A stretch of DNA of 64,000 nucleotides from Acidobacteriota bacterium (GTDB lineage: Bacteria > Acidobacteriota > Blastocatellia > HR10). A program made the translations under genes and the position numbers. The notes under the pieces are model-generated. The model was not told the DNA's origin and searched no databases. It saw only the letters and a program-made list of their open reading frames with translations. How positions within the stretch are numbered: the stretch's first letter is position 1; each line of letters begins with the position of its first letter. The stretch covers positions 8,870 to 72,869 of the forward strand of contig JAUQQC010000012.1 of NCBI GenBank assembly GCA_030550025.1, read 5' to 3'. Below are positions 12,231 to 21,582 of the stretch, piece by piece.

Positions 12231-12389
12231 AACGCCTCCGAGGACTTGTGCATGCTATCGGTAGCGCTCGAAAATCATGGACGTTTCGCCGCTGATGAAC
12301 ACGGATGGAGGCCGATCAGCTTCCTCATCGGGGTTGATCCGGGTGCACCCGTGAATCTTGAGGCGAGATCAATCGAAATGGATGGGAGC

Positions 12390-12503
12390 ATGGCCAAACC
12401 GATGGAGGCGGCTGAAAACCGCCTGACCCGTCAATTACCCACCGAGCCCCAAAAGCAACTGCCGAGCGTCAGAGAACTGGAACAACACCTGAAAGGTGTG
12501 TAG
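12390..12503 (+). pseudogene. C-terminal remnant of a DUF1016/YhcG-like gene
   Basis: KPMEAAENRLTRQLPTEPQKQLPSVRELEQHL resembles the DUF1016 C-terminal tail (KPIGVAEY..LP..L...LPS.EE.E). Confidence 0.5.
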
Positions 12504-12514
12504 GGTCCGTCCCT

Positions 12515-13033
12515 ATGTCGCCAGGCTTATCCCAAGAACCGAACCAATTCGCCAGACGCAACCCACAATCGGCAATCGTCATCATCGGCATCGGGAATGC
12601 GTTCGGCGGGGACGATGCGGTGGGATTGGTCGTTGCGCGAATGCTCAAAGAGAAAGCTCTCCCTGGTGTGAGGATCGTTGAAGCCAGCGGCGAGGCGACA
12701 TCTTTGATCGAGGTGTGGAAGGGCGCCGATACCGTCATTCTCATTGATGCCGTCCGGTCGGGCGCTCGGCCCGGCACCATCTATCGCGTTGAAGCTCATG
12801 CCGAGCCCATCCCGGCGCGCTTCGAGCATCACTCGACACACGCCTTGGGGGTAGTCGAAGCCATCGAGCTGGCGCGGACGCTCAGCCGGCTCCCTCCACG
12901 CGTGATCCTGTACGGGATTGAAGGTAAAAACTTCGCGGTCTGTACCGATCTTTCTCAAGAGGTCCGAGCAGCGGCCGCCGACGTCGCCACTCGCATTGCC
13001 GATGAGGTACGACGATATGCACGACAGGTGTAG
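12515..13033 (+). CDS. Hydrogenase maturation protease
   Basis: IIGIGNAFGGDDAVG, ILIDAV and STHALG motifs. Confidence 0.92.
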   Translation: MSPGLSQEPNQFARRNPQSAIVIIGIGNAFGGDDAVGLVVARMLKEKALPGVRIVEASGEATSLIEVWKGADTVILIDAVRSGARPGTIYRVEAHAEPIPARFEHHSTHALGVVEAIELARTLSRLPPRVILYGIEGKNFAVCTDLSQEVRAAAADVATRIADEVRRYARQV

Positions 13034-13227
13034 ACGTTTTCAATACTGATCGGCGTTAAAAAACCCGGCATCCAGAGTTATACCTCCTCGCTTGAACAGA
13101 CCCGCTCAACAGACCAGGGTGAAATGGCACATTTTCTGAGCAAGAGGACCCACTCATGACCGTGGTGTTGAGCTCGCTTGCTGGCTAGGCATTCATTCAG
13201 AAACCGAACACGTGCGAGAGGATGGGC

Positions 13228-13252
13228 CCAGGGGGCCAGCGTGGCCCCCTGG
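13228..13252 (-). terminator. GC-rich hairpin just downstream of the penicillin acylase stop
   Basis: CCAGGGGGCCA-gcg-TGGCCCCCTGG, an 11-bp perfect stem; no strong U-tract. Confidence 0.5.
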
Positions 13253-13258
13253 ATGGGT

Positions 13259-16225
13259 TCAGGCACCGGGCCGGAAGACCTGCTCGGAGACTTTGTTCTG
13301 CTCGACTTCTTCAGGCGTGAACCACATCGGATGGTAATCGTTCGTCAGCCACAGGCCGAGTTGACTCGCGTAATGGGGGTGGCCCAGGATGCCGCTTTGA
13401 CCACCCGGGATGACCTGAAGCGTGCGAAGACCATCGGGTCGGACTTCGCCGAGGAACCGTCGCGCTGGCCCGCTACCGAACATGAACGCATCGATCCCCT
13501 GGGCGCGGGCATCATGCCCGGAGGCATCCACTACCTCGAAGCCGCCATCAACGGCCACGCCTCGCAACGCCGAAGCCAGATGGGCGAAGCCACCGGCTGG
13601 CGGGATATTGAACGGATCTCCCAGCGTGTGCGTGAAGACGATACGATGGAGCTTGCCCCAGCGATAGTCTTCCTGGTTGGTCGAGTTATTGAAGGCCGCG
13701 CGAAATTCGTCACCGGCGAGCCGATCCAGAGCTTCCTGGAGGCTCCTCAACAGGAGGATGTCGCGCTCGACCTCCGGCGGCAGGTCTACCCCTGGAACAT
13801 CGAAGAAATTCAACCCCGAAGCTCCGCGTCCCCGCGTCTGCGAGAAGTTGTCCAACAGATTCCGCAATGCCACGACGGCCAGCGACCCGCCGGGCAGATA
13901 CCCCGCCAGCCCGACGCGAGCGAGCGTGGCGTCAATCGTGTTAGCGATGATCCGCGCGCGCCAGACGCTGTAGATCGTCGCAGCCACACTCGCTGCGATC
14001 TCCTCCGGAGAAGGCGGCTGCCGTTCCCCATTCACATCCGAAGCATCATACCCTTCGGGGATCCCCGTCGGCGCACTGAAGTCCCATCGAGCGAGCCGAT
14101 CCACGGCTTCGGCCACACGGGCATCTTGCGCCAGAGCGGCTAAGGGAGCCGGCGCTCCGCTTGCGCGCGCGTTCGCAAATGCCTGTCGAATGTAGGGCAC
14201 GAACACTTCGGCGTCCAGCATCTGGACATTAGCCTGAAAGCGCTCCATGTCATCAAGAGAAATACGCCCATCACCGCCTTGCGCCGGATCCAGCTCGCGT
14301 TGGATCAAGCGGACGATCCGCCCCATGCGCGCGCCGATGCTATAGCCGGGATTCAGATAGAGGATCCCACGCCCGCCGCGTCGCAACTGATTGAGCGGAT
14401 TGTTGTCGAGCGTCGTCCCGATGGGATCGTTGTTGGCATTAGCGATGAATCCTTGCGCGGGGTTGACGACCTGCGGCATCTCTTCAAACGGTAGGATCTC
14501 GAACGGCACGGCCTGCCCGGGCTGGCGTGTCTGAAGTGGCACCCATTCGTGTTTCACAATCCGCTCGATGCTCCCATCCCCTCGGAAGATCGCGCCTGCG
14601 CCGTTGCGGATGAAGAAAGGTGGAGGACCGTCGGGCATCCCCTCTTGCAAGTCCTCACGCAAGGGCAGCTCGCCACTGGTGAAATAGGCGATATTGCCAT
14701 CCACGTCCACATAGGCCCAATTCTGCGAACCGAAATCGAAATACTGGAGCCCGCGCTTGAAATCCTCCAAATTCTTCGCCCGATGCCAGATGAGGAACGT
14801 ATCCAGTTCTCGCGTCGGCCCAAAGCCCGTGTACTGCACGCTCAAGACACGGAAATCGGTCAGCTCCGACTTCACCACACGAATGATCGGCGCATTGTTG
14901 CGGTCTGGGATGACCAAGGCCACCGGCGGAACGCTCACGCCACTGGGCAGCGTTCCCGGCGGGATCACCGCCAGATCGTCCGGCGTCCCGTTGCCCGGTT
15001 GATTCGCGCGAAACACTTGCGGGATGGCGAGGATCCGCCGACGCTGATCTCGAAAGATCGCTGCGATCGGCAACTGCGTCGCGATATCGAGGATGACGCG
15101 CTCTTCGTAAACGTCGGTCACGTCCATAGGATTCGTCGTCGCTCCCCACGCGATTCGCTCGTTCCTGCCGAGCACAATGACGGGCGTCCCGGCGAAGCTC
15201 ACCCCCATGACGTTCATAGGGTTCGGCCCTTCGACGACGAGATGCATCTCATAGAAGATTGCCGGCACACCGAGTCCGAGATGCGGATCATTGGCCAGCA
15301 TGGGGAAGCCCGTGTCGGTCTTCGCGCCGCTCACGATCCACCAATTGCTGCCTGAAGGTGCCGTCGTTCGACCGAGCGCGCTCTGTAAAACCGGCATGTC
15401 GGCGATCTCCGCCAAATACTCGCGGGCGGCGCGAATCGTTTCCGGACTTACCCAACGGGTGATGTCCTCGAGCTGTCGGCTCCACTCGATCTTCCACTCT
15501 CGCCCGGCCACACGACGCATGCCTGCCGATTGGAGGAATCCGGGGATGGAGACCGAAGGATCAAACGGCGCACTCCGGAAGATGTCCTCGAAAAAGAGCT
15601 TCGTGCCATCGAATCCGGCTGCTTGCCCCGCTTGTTGATACGCCGCCAAGCGCACAGTGAAGTCAATATCGTCTAAGCCAAACGAGAGCTGAAACGCGAG
15701 CAACTTGCCGATGACGATGCTGTCCTCCGGCGTCCACGCTGGAATGGCCGCCTTCGTCAACTCAAGCGCCGTGTACTCCGGTGGCAGCGGATTATCGCGC
15801 AGGAAGGCATTCACGCCATCGGCGAAGGCCTGCAAAACGGCTTGCGCTTCCTGAGAGAGCGCGGGATAGGAGGCTTCAGCGGCCCGCCGCAACCCAAGCA
15901 CCCGCAACTGAATGTCTTGCGCGAGCACACGATCCATAGGGCCACGACCGAGCAGTTCGGCCAGCGTCCCGCTGGCCACGCGGCGCAGGAAATCCATTTG
16001 GAAGAACCGATCCTGCGCCTGCACATACCCCATCATGAAGTAGACGTCGTGATCGTTCCGGGCGAAGATGTGGGGGATGCCGAATCGATCCCGGACGACG
16101 CGCACTTCGTCCTGAAGTCCCCGAATCGGAGTAGCCTGCCCCGCACTTCGCCCACTCTTCACCCCGAAAGAAGGAAGGACTAAAGCCCAGATCGCGACAA
16201 GGGTGAACGCTCGACGCATGTTCAT
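13259..16225 (-). CDS. Penicillin acylase family Ntn-hydrolase, exported
   Basis: Signal peptide; RDRFGIPHI, AQDRFFQMD, GSNWW (nucleophile Ser) and ANDPHL motifs. Confidence 0.93.
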   Translation of the reverse strand: MNMRRAFTLVAIWALVLPSFGVKSGRSAGQATPIRGLQDEVRVVRDRFGIPHIFARNDHDVYFMMGYVQAQDRFFQMDFLRRVASGTLAELLGRGPMDRVLAQDIQLRVLGLRRAAEASYPALSQEAQAVLQAFADGVNAFLRDNPLPPEYTALELTKAAIPAWTPEDSIVIGKLLAFQLSFGLDDIDFTVRLAAYQQAGQAAGFDGTKLFFEDIFRSAPFDPSVSIPGFLQSAGMRRVAGREWKIEWSRQLEDITRWVSPETIRAAREYLAEIADMPVLQSALGRTTAPSGSNWWIVSGAKTDTGFPMLANDPHLGLGVPAIFYEMHLVVEGPNPMNVMGVSFAGTPVIVLGRNERIAWGATTNPMDVTDVYEERVILDIATQLPIAAIFRDQRRRILAIPQVFRANQPGNGTPDDLAVIPPGTLPSGVSVPPVALVIPDRNNAPIIRVVKSELTDFRVLSVQYTGFGPTRELDTFLIWHRAKNLEDFKRGLQYFDFGSQNWAYVDVDGNIAYFTSGELPLREDLQEGMPDGPPPFFIRNGAGAIFRGDGSIERIVKHEWVPLQTRQPGQAVPFEILPFEEMPQVVNPAQGFIANANNDPIGTTLDNNPLNQLRRGGRGILYLNPGYSIGARMGRIVRLIQRELDPAQGGDGRISLDDMERFQANVQMLDAEVFVPYIRQAFANARASGAPAPLAALAQDARVAEAVDRLARWDFSAPTGIPEGYDASDVNGERQPPSPEEIAASVAATIYSVWRARIIANTIDATLARVGLAGYLPGGSLAVVALRNLLDNFSQTRGRGASGLNFFDVPGVDLPPEVERDILLLRSLQEALDRLAGDEFRAAFNNSTNQEDYRWGKLHRIVFTHTLGDPFNIPPAGGFAHLASALRGVAVDGGFEVVDASGHDARAQGIDAFMFGSGPARRFLGEVRPDGLRTLQVIPGGQSGILGHPHYASQLGLWLTNDYHPMWFTPEEVEQNKVSEQVFRPGA

Positions 16226-16416
16226 GGATCACCTCCTGTGAGAGATCCTCCCCTTTTCAGGAAGAGGTGCTCCTCGCCCCTGCCGGCCTCTCCCACCGCG
16301 AAGTGTTTCCGACAAACGCGGCATGCGTATGCGCCTCGATTCCCCTTCACTTCTCCCTCCGAAAGGTGGAGTCTCTATAGACCATGCGCCTGCACGTTGT
16401 CAAGGAGGAGGTGTCC

Positions 16417-16974
16417 ATGTATGCTATCGCGTGTATGAAGATCGCGATCATCGGCTCGCACGGCTGTGGGAAGACGGCGCTCGCCTTCTCCCTCTGCACG
16501 GAATTACAGAAGCGCGGGCGACGCGTGGAGCTGGTCGTGGAGATGGCGCGGCGAAGCCCCTTCCCGATCAACGAGGCGACGTCCGAAGCCGGGCAACTGT
16601 GGATCCTGCATCGCCATATCGCCGCCGAATTGGAAGCCTCGGCTCGCGCGGATGCCGTCGTGTGCGATCGTTCGGTTTTGGACAACTACGCCTACTACTG
16701 CCACAAGTTCGGACGGCGGCTGCATCTGGATGCGCTGATCAAGGAATGGATCGGCACGTACACGCTTCTGGTGAAGGTCCCGCTTGTGGACGAATGGCTC
16801 ATCCCTGATGGCGTGCGCTCGATGGATCGAGAGTTTCAGCGCGCCATTGATCTGCTCGTCGAGGACCTCATCGCGGATTTGGCCGAAGGGCGGACGCGCA
16901 TCCTGCGCTTAGATTACCCCTTCGACGTCCGCCAGATTTTGGCCGCTCTGCCTCTGGATGCGGATTCCCGATGA
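16417..16974 (+). CDS. P-loop NadR/Ttd14 (AAA_28)-like nucleotide kinase
   Basis: GSHGCGKT Walker A and CDRSVLD; AGGAGG RBS. Confidence 0.75.
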   Translation: MYAIACMKIAIIGSHGCGKTALAFSLCTELQKRGRRVELVVEMARRSPFPINEATSEAGQLWILHRHIAAELEASARADAVVCDRSVLDNYAYYCHKFGRRLHLDALIKEWIGTYTLLVKVPLVDEWLIPDGVRSMDREFQRAIDLLVEDLIADLAEGRTRILRLDYPFDVRQILAALPLDADSR

Positions 16975-18056
16975 AGCGGGAGACCGTTCAGATCGCCTTT
17001 CTCATCGCCCTCATCATTGGGGTCGGGTATCTCTTCTTTCGGATGCTCGCCCCCTTCCTCTCGCCGATCACATGGGCGATCGTGTTAGTGATCATTTTTC
17101 AACCGATTCACCGACGCATGTCCAGGTATGTGCGAAATGCCGACGTGGCCGCGTTGCTCTCGTGCCTGCTTGTGCTAGCCGTCGTGATCATCCCGGCGAC
17201 GCTCATCGTGATGGGGCTCATTGGGGAACTCATCGCCACCTATCGTCTTATCGAAGAACGCTTCGCTTCAGGTGCATGGACGTTTCGTCTTGAGCCCGGA
17301 CGAAGTCGCGTCCTAGAACGCTCGTTGAGCTGGCTCGCGCAGTATGCCGATCTCTCGGAGTTGAACCTTCACGCCTTCATTCTGAACAATCTGCAGCGCC
17401 TCTCGGGATACTTAGCCGCTCGCTCGGCCGAGGTCGTCAAGCAATTCTCCTCGTTCGTCTTCAATACGGGGTTGGCGATCTTCACCACGTATTTCCTCTT
17501 CCGGGATGGACCAGCGCTCATGGCGCGGCTGAAGCGCGCGATCCCGCTGCCGGAATCGGAAGCCGAGGAGGTATTCGAGCGGATGCAGGAGACGATTCAC
17601 GCCACGCTGTATGGCGGTATCGCCGTCGCTTTAGCTCAGGGGACCTTAGGGGGGATTGCCTTTGGGATCGTCGGATTGCCCTCGCCGCTGATCTGGGGAG
17701 CGGTGATGTTCTTCTTTTCACTCCTCCCGGTGGTCGGAGCAGCCATCATCTGGGTTCCCGCTGCCATTATTCTGCTCGCGCAAGGGAGTGTGGGAAAAGG
17801 ACTCTTTCTGCTGCTATGGGGGACGCTGGTCATCAGCTTGGTGGACAACATCCTCCGCCCGTGGGTGATCGGCGGGCGCACGCGCTTGCCGATGCTGCTC
17901 ATCTTCTTCAGCGTGCTCGGAGGAGTGAAACTCTTTGGCTTCATCGGCGTGGTGATGGGGCCGGTGGTGTTGAGCGTCGCACTGGCGTTGGTCGAGATCT
18001 TTCGGCGTAAGCTCACACCCGCGCGCGCATCGGAAGCGCCTGCGAACGCCTCCTGA
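16971..18056 (+). CDS. AI-2E family transporter
   Basis: Multi-TM protein with DNILRP and GVVMGPVVL motifs. Confidence 0.9.
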   Translation: MKRETVQIAFLIALIIGVGYLFFRMLAPFLSPITWAIVLVIIFQPIHRRMSRYVRNADVAALLSCLLVLAVVIIPATLIVMGLIGELIATYRLIEERFASGAWTFRLEPGRSRVLERSLSWLAQYADLSELNLHAFILNNLQRLSGYLAARSAEVVKQFSSFVFNTGLAIFTTYFLFRDGPALMARLKRAIPLPESEAEEVFERMQETIHATLYGGIAVALAQGTLGGIAFGIVGLPSPLIWGAVMFFFSLLPVVGAAIIWVPAAIILLAQGSVGKGLFLLLWGTLVISLVDNILRPWVIGGRTRLPMLLIFFSVLGGVKLFGFIGVVMGPVVLSVALALVEIFRRKLTPARASEAPANAS

Positions 18057-18066
18057 CGCGCGTCAA

Positions 18067-18765
18067 TCAAAGGTGTGACAGCTCATCCTCTTCCCGTCGT
18101 GGGGAGAACTGTCGGCGCAGCACGTCGCGAGCGAGATCGCGCCCGGCCAATCCGAAGGCGATGGCCAGCGCCAGTGTCACCCCACCGAAGAAGATGGAAA
18201 AGGCCGCGACGACGATATGCGCGGCCAGCGCCAACTGCTCGAGCGCCATCGCCAGGGCGATGGAGACGATCAGCAAGCGCACGCCGCCGGCCAGAAGGCG
18301 CGCCGAGGCCAAATGGGCGTTCACGGCCGCCAGAAGAGCTGCGCGCGCCAGGAAGTTCGCCAACAGGAATCCCCCCACCAGAATGAGCAACGCCGCCACA
18401 ACGCGCGGGAGATAACCGAAGACAGCGGCGAGCATGCGACTGACGAGCGCGATCTCCAACTGCTCCAACCCGACGACGAGGAAGAAGAGGAACAGCAGCC
18501 AGAAGAAGGCCTGCGCCAGAAGATATGAGGGCGCGCGCCGAATCTCCGCGCGCCGCAGGACTTGTACGATCCCCATCTGTTCGCACCAGCGATCGAAACG
18601 AATGGCGCGCAACGCCCGCCCCAACAACGACCGAACGACGGCAGCGATGATCCATCCGGCGAAGAGGAGGATCACCAGGGCGAAGAAATTCGGCAGAAAG
18701 GCGAGCGCGCGTTCCTCGAATCGCTGAAACGTCCCGACTAAGGCGGTCTTCAAAGCTTCAAACAT
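18067..18765 (-). CDS. Membrane protein with TM_helix repeats (MscS/CmpX N-terminal-like)
   Basis: Repeated (F/Y)LP...A..IL..G units; LALAIAFGLAGRD ending; no MscS beta domain. Confidence 0.7.
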   Translation of the reverse strand: MFEALKTALVGTFQRFEERALAFLPNFFALVILLFAGWIIAAVVRSLLGRALRAIRFDRWCEQMGIVQVLRRAEIRRAPSYLLAQAFFWLLFLFFLVVGLEQLEIALVSRMLAAVFGYLPRVVAALLILVGGFLLANFLARAALLAAVNAHLASARLLAGGVRLLIVSIALAMALEQLALAAHIVVAAFSIFFGGVTLALAIAFGLAGRDLARDVLRRQFSPRREEDELSHL

Positions 18766-18854
18766 AGGCTCCTCCTTCGTTGCCTCCCCTCACACGGCCG
18801 CGCCCGGGCTGATGATCGCACGAGCGCGCCGAGAGCGAGCATCGACCTCCTGGC

Positions 18855-20141
18855 TCATCCGCCGGCATCAGGCGCCCCCCACTGCGCGACAAGCTCCGGT
18901 TTTCGCTCCTCGAAATGCCGGCACAACTCCTCGATCACGGCTTCGACCTCTTCGGCCGTGCTCTCAAGCGTCTCGAGGACGAACGATGCGGTGCGCCCGA
19001 GATAGAGCGGCACGAGCGCTTGCAGCAGATGATCCCGATGGATCACGTGCCGATGGAACGCCAGAGCGAAATCGTAGATGACGGAGACCCACACATCCGG
19101 AGGGAAGCGGAAATGCGCTTCGCTCGATCCGGCGATCTGTTGGACCTGGCGAAAGGTCGAGGGGGAGAGGATCCGTTGCCAGAGATCCTTCAGCTCCTCG
19201 GCGCCCAATCGAAAGATGCCGAGCATGCGCTCGACATTAACACGGATCGGCTCCAGTCCCACCTCGTACTCCAAGCCGAAGGTGGGCACCGGCTCCGAGC
19301 CGCGCACGTTCGCCCAGATCGGGAAGTTCGCCTCCATCAGATCGAAGACCGATCCAACCACTTGCATGAGCATGCCGCTCAGGTCCACGCCGGGATCTTT
19401 CGCGTCGTGAATCTTCGCTCCCAAGAAGGCCTGACACACGCGAAAGCCGCCGGTGATCGCCGTCGTGGTCATCCAGATATCAACGCCGAAGCGGGCGACG
19501 TCCGTATGCCAGACATCCTGAGCCAGATAGTGCGCGGCCAGCCGTCCGGAGAACCCGAAGTCGCCGCCGATCGGTTGGCGCACGCGCTTGCCGTAGAGGG
19601 TGCGCGTGAGGGGATAGACGATGGAATTCGTGATCGTGCCGTCATACTTATGCCGCCGATAGAGTGGAGCGACGAAGTCGAAACCCTCTTTGAGAAGAGG
19701 GCCGATGAGCAAGTCCATCCATTCGGGCGTGATGCTGCGCAGGTCGGCGTCCACGACGGCGCAGGCGCGCGCCTGAAGGCGCACGGCGATGTCAAAGACC
19801 AGGCGCAAGGCACTCCCCTTGCCAGGCACACCATGATATGGCGTCGTCAGCCGATGGATGGGATGCCGCGGATGGGCCGCTAAGATCGCGCGATAATCGC
19901 CAAGAGCCGCCTGCCGCACGACTTCCGGCGTCCCATCCTTGGACCCGCCATCCGAATTGACGATCACGGCCGTGTATTCAGGGAAGTATTTCGCCAAGCC
20001 CGCCATCACGGCACGCACGACATGTCCGATGGTGCGGGCGTTGTTATAGCTCGGGATGCCTACGAGGAGATCCACGCGCCCGATCTCGCGCAGGGCGTGT
20101 TCGACCTCCGCCGCGAGTTGCGGTCTTTCGATCTGACTCAT
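18855..20141 (-). CDS. GT2 glycosyltransferase, glucosylglycerate/mannosylglycerate synthase-like
   Basis: GIPSYNNARTI, DGGSKDGT, GKGSAL, DADL, RHKYDGTITN and RQPIGGDF motifs. Confidence 0.8.
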   Translation of the reverse strand: MSQIERPQLAAEVEHALREIGRVDLLVGIPSYNNARTIGHVVRAVMAGLAKYFPEYTAVIVNSDGGSKDGTPEVVRQAALGDYRAILAAHPRHPIHRLTTPYHGVPGKGSALRLVFDIAVRLQARACAVVDADLRSITPEWMDLLIGPLLKEGFDFVAPLYRRHKYDGTITNSIVYPLTRTLYGKRVRQPIGGDFGFSGRLAAHYLAQDVWHTDVARFGVDIWMTTTAITGGFRVCQAFLGAKIHDAKDPGVDLSGMLMQVVGSVFDLMEANFPIWANVRGSEPVPTFGLEYEVGLEPIRVNVERMLGIFRLGAEELKDLWQRILSPSTFRQVQQIAGSSEAHFRFPPDVWVSVIYDFALAFHRHVIHRDHLLQALVPLYLGRTASFVLETLESTAEEVEAVIEELCRHFEERKPELVAQWGAPDAGG

Positions 20142-20394
20142 CCCCCCTCCTGGCAAGCGCCTTCGCGGCGACGATCCGTAACCTGAGGATGCCTTCGGCG
20201 GAAGGCGCTTTGAACGGCCCCTTTATTTATACCCGATCTCGATGCGGCCGACCAGCGCGGCTCCCTCAGGAGACACCCCTTTTGGTAGAATTGACAGCGA
20301 TTGGGAAGCGGAAGGCGCGCGAAAGAGGGAGGATGGAAACGAGTGAGCGGAGAGAACGCGGCATCCGTCTTCTTCCTGAGCTGAGGCTCATGCG

Positions 20395-21582
20395 ATGACG
20401 CGCGAGCAGCTCACAAGCCAGATCAAAGCGCGGGCGCGCGCGCTGGGCTTTCATGGCGTGGGCGTCACGGACATTCGTCCGCTCCGGGAGGATGAAGCGC
20501 GCTACCATCGGTGGCTGCACCAGGGATGGGCGGCTGATTTGCGGTACATGCAGACGAGCGCTTCGGTACGCGCGCATCCAAGGCGCGTGTGGCCGGAAGC
20601 GCGGTCGATCCTCGTGCTCGCCGTGAACTACTACAGCGGTGACTTCGATCCCCTTCCACGTGGACACGGACGCATCGCGCGCTATGCCTGGGGACGTGAT
20701 TATCACGACGTCATCCCCCCTCGACTGCGGCAGCTCGTCGCAGAAATCGAGCGGCTCCTTGAGCGTCCGGTTCGCGCCCGCTGGTTCACGGACGCCGGGC
20801 CGCTGCTTGAGCGCGCGCTAGCGCGCCGTGCCGGCCTCGGCCGCATCGGATGGAATGCGTGCCTGATCACGGAGACCTTCGGATCGTGGGTTTTCCTGAG
20901 TGAAATCCTGCTGGACGTTGAGCTGGTGCCGGATCAGGAAGAGGCCCGCGCATGCCTGAGCGTATTCGAGTGTCAGCGCTACTGCCCGACGGGCGCTATC
21001 GCTCCGGATGGTCTCGTGGATGCGCGCCTTTGCCTCTCCTATCACACGATCGAGAATCGCGGCGCGATCCCACGAGCGCTTCGGCCGAAGCTTGGGGATT
21101 GGCTCTTCGGCTGCGACGTTTGCCAAGCCGTCTGTCCACACAATGCCCGCGTGCCGATCACCGATTGGCCGGAGTTTCATCCGGAAGCGGGCGTGGGCAA
21201 GACGCTGGCGCTTGCGGACGTGCTCGCCATCGCTTCGGAAGACGAGTTTCGTGCTCGATTTCGCGGCACGGCCCTGCGACGCGCGAAACGCCGAGGCTTG
21301 CTCCGCAACGCCGCCATCGTCGCCGCGAATACCGGCTACGATGATGCGATCCCCCAACTGCAGCGTCTCGCCTGCGAAGACCCTGACGAGATCATTCGTG
21401 GACACGCCCTGTGGGCGCTTCAGATGCTCGATCCCGTCAGGTCGCGCCCGATTCTGGAGCGCGCTCGTCGCGACCCACATCCCTTCGTCCGCGAGGAGGC
21501 CGAATCGGCCCTTGAGGGGGGAGGTAACGGAGAGGCGATTCCTGTCGCCGCCAATCCAGAGAGCACAGGGGAGGCGCCATGA
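20395..21582 (+). CDS. queG: Epoxyqueuosine reductase
   Basis: ARYAWGRDYH, FGSWVFL and GCDVCQAVCP motifs; HEAT-like C-terminus. Confidence 0.92.
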   Translation: MTREQLTSQIKARARALGFHGVGVTDIRPLREDEARYHRWLHQGWAADLRYMQTSASVRAHPRRVWPEARSILVLAVNYYSGDFDPLPRGHGRIARYAWGRDYHDVIPPRLRQLVAEIERLLERPVRARWFTDAGPLLERALARRAGLGRIGWNACLITETFGSWVFLSEILLDVELVPDQEEARACLSVFECQRYCPTGAIAPDGLVDARLCLSYHTIENRGAIPRALRPKLGDWLFGCDVCQAVCPHNARVPITDWPEFHPEAGVGKTLALADVLAIASEDEFRARFRGTALRRAKRRGLLRNAAIVAANTGYDDAIPQLQRLACEDPDEIIRGHALWALQMLDPVRSRPILERARRDPHPFVREEAESALEGGGNGEAIPVAANPESTGEAP

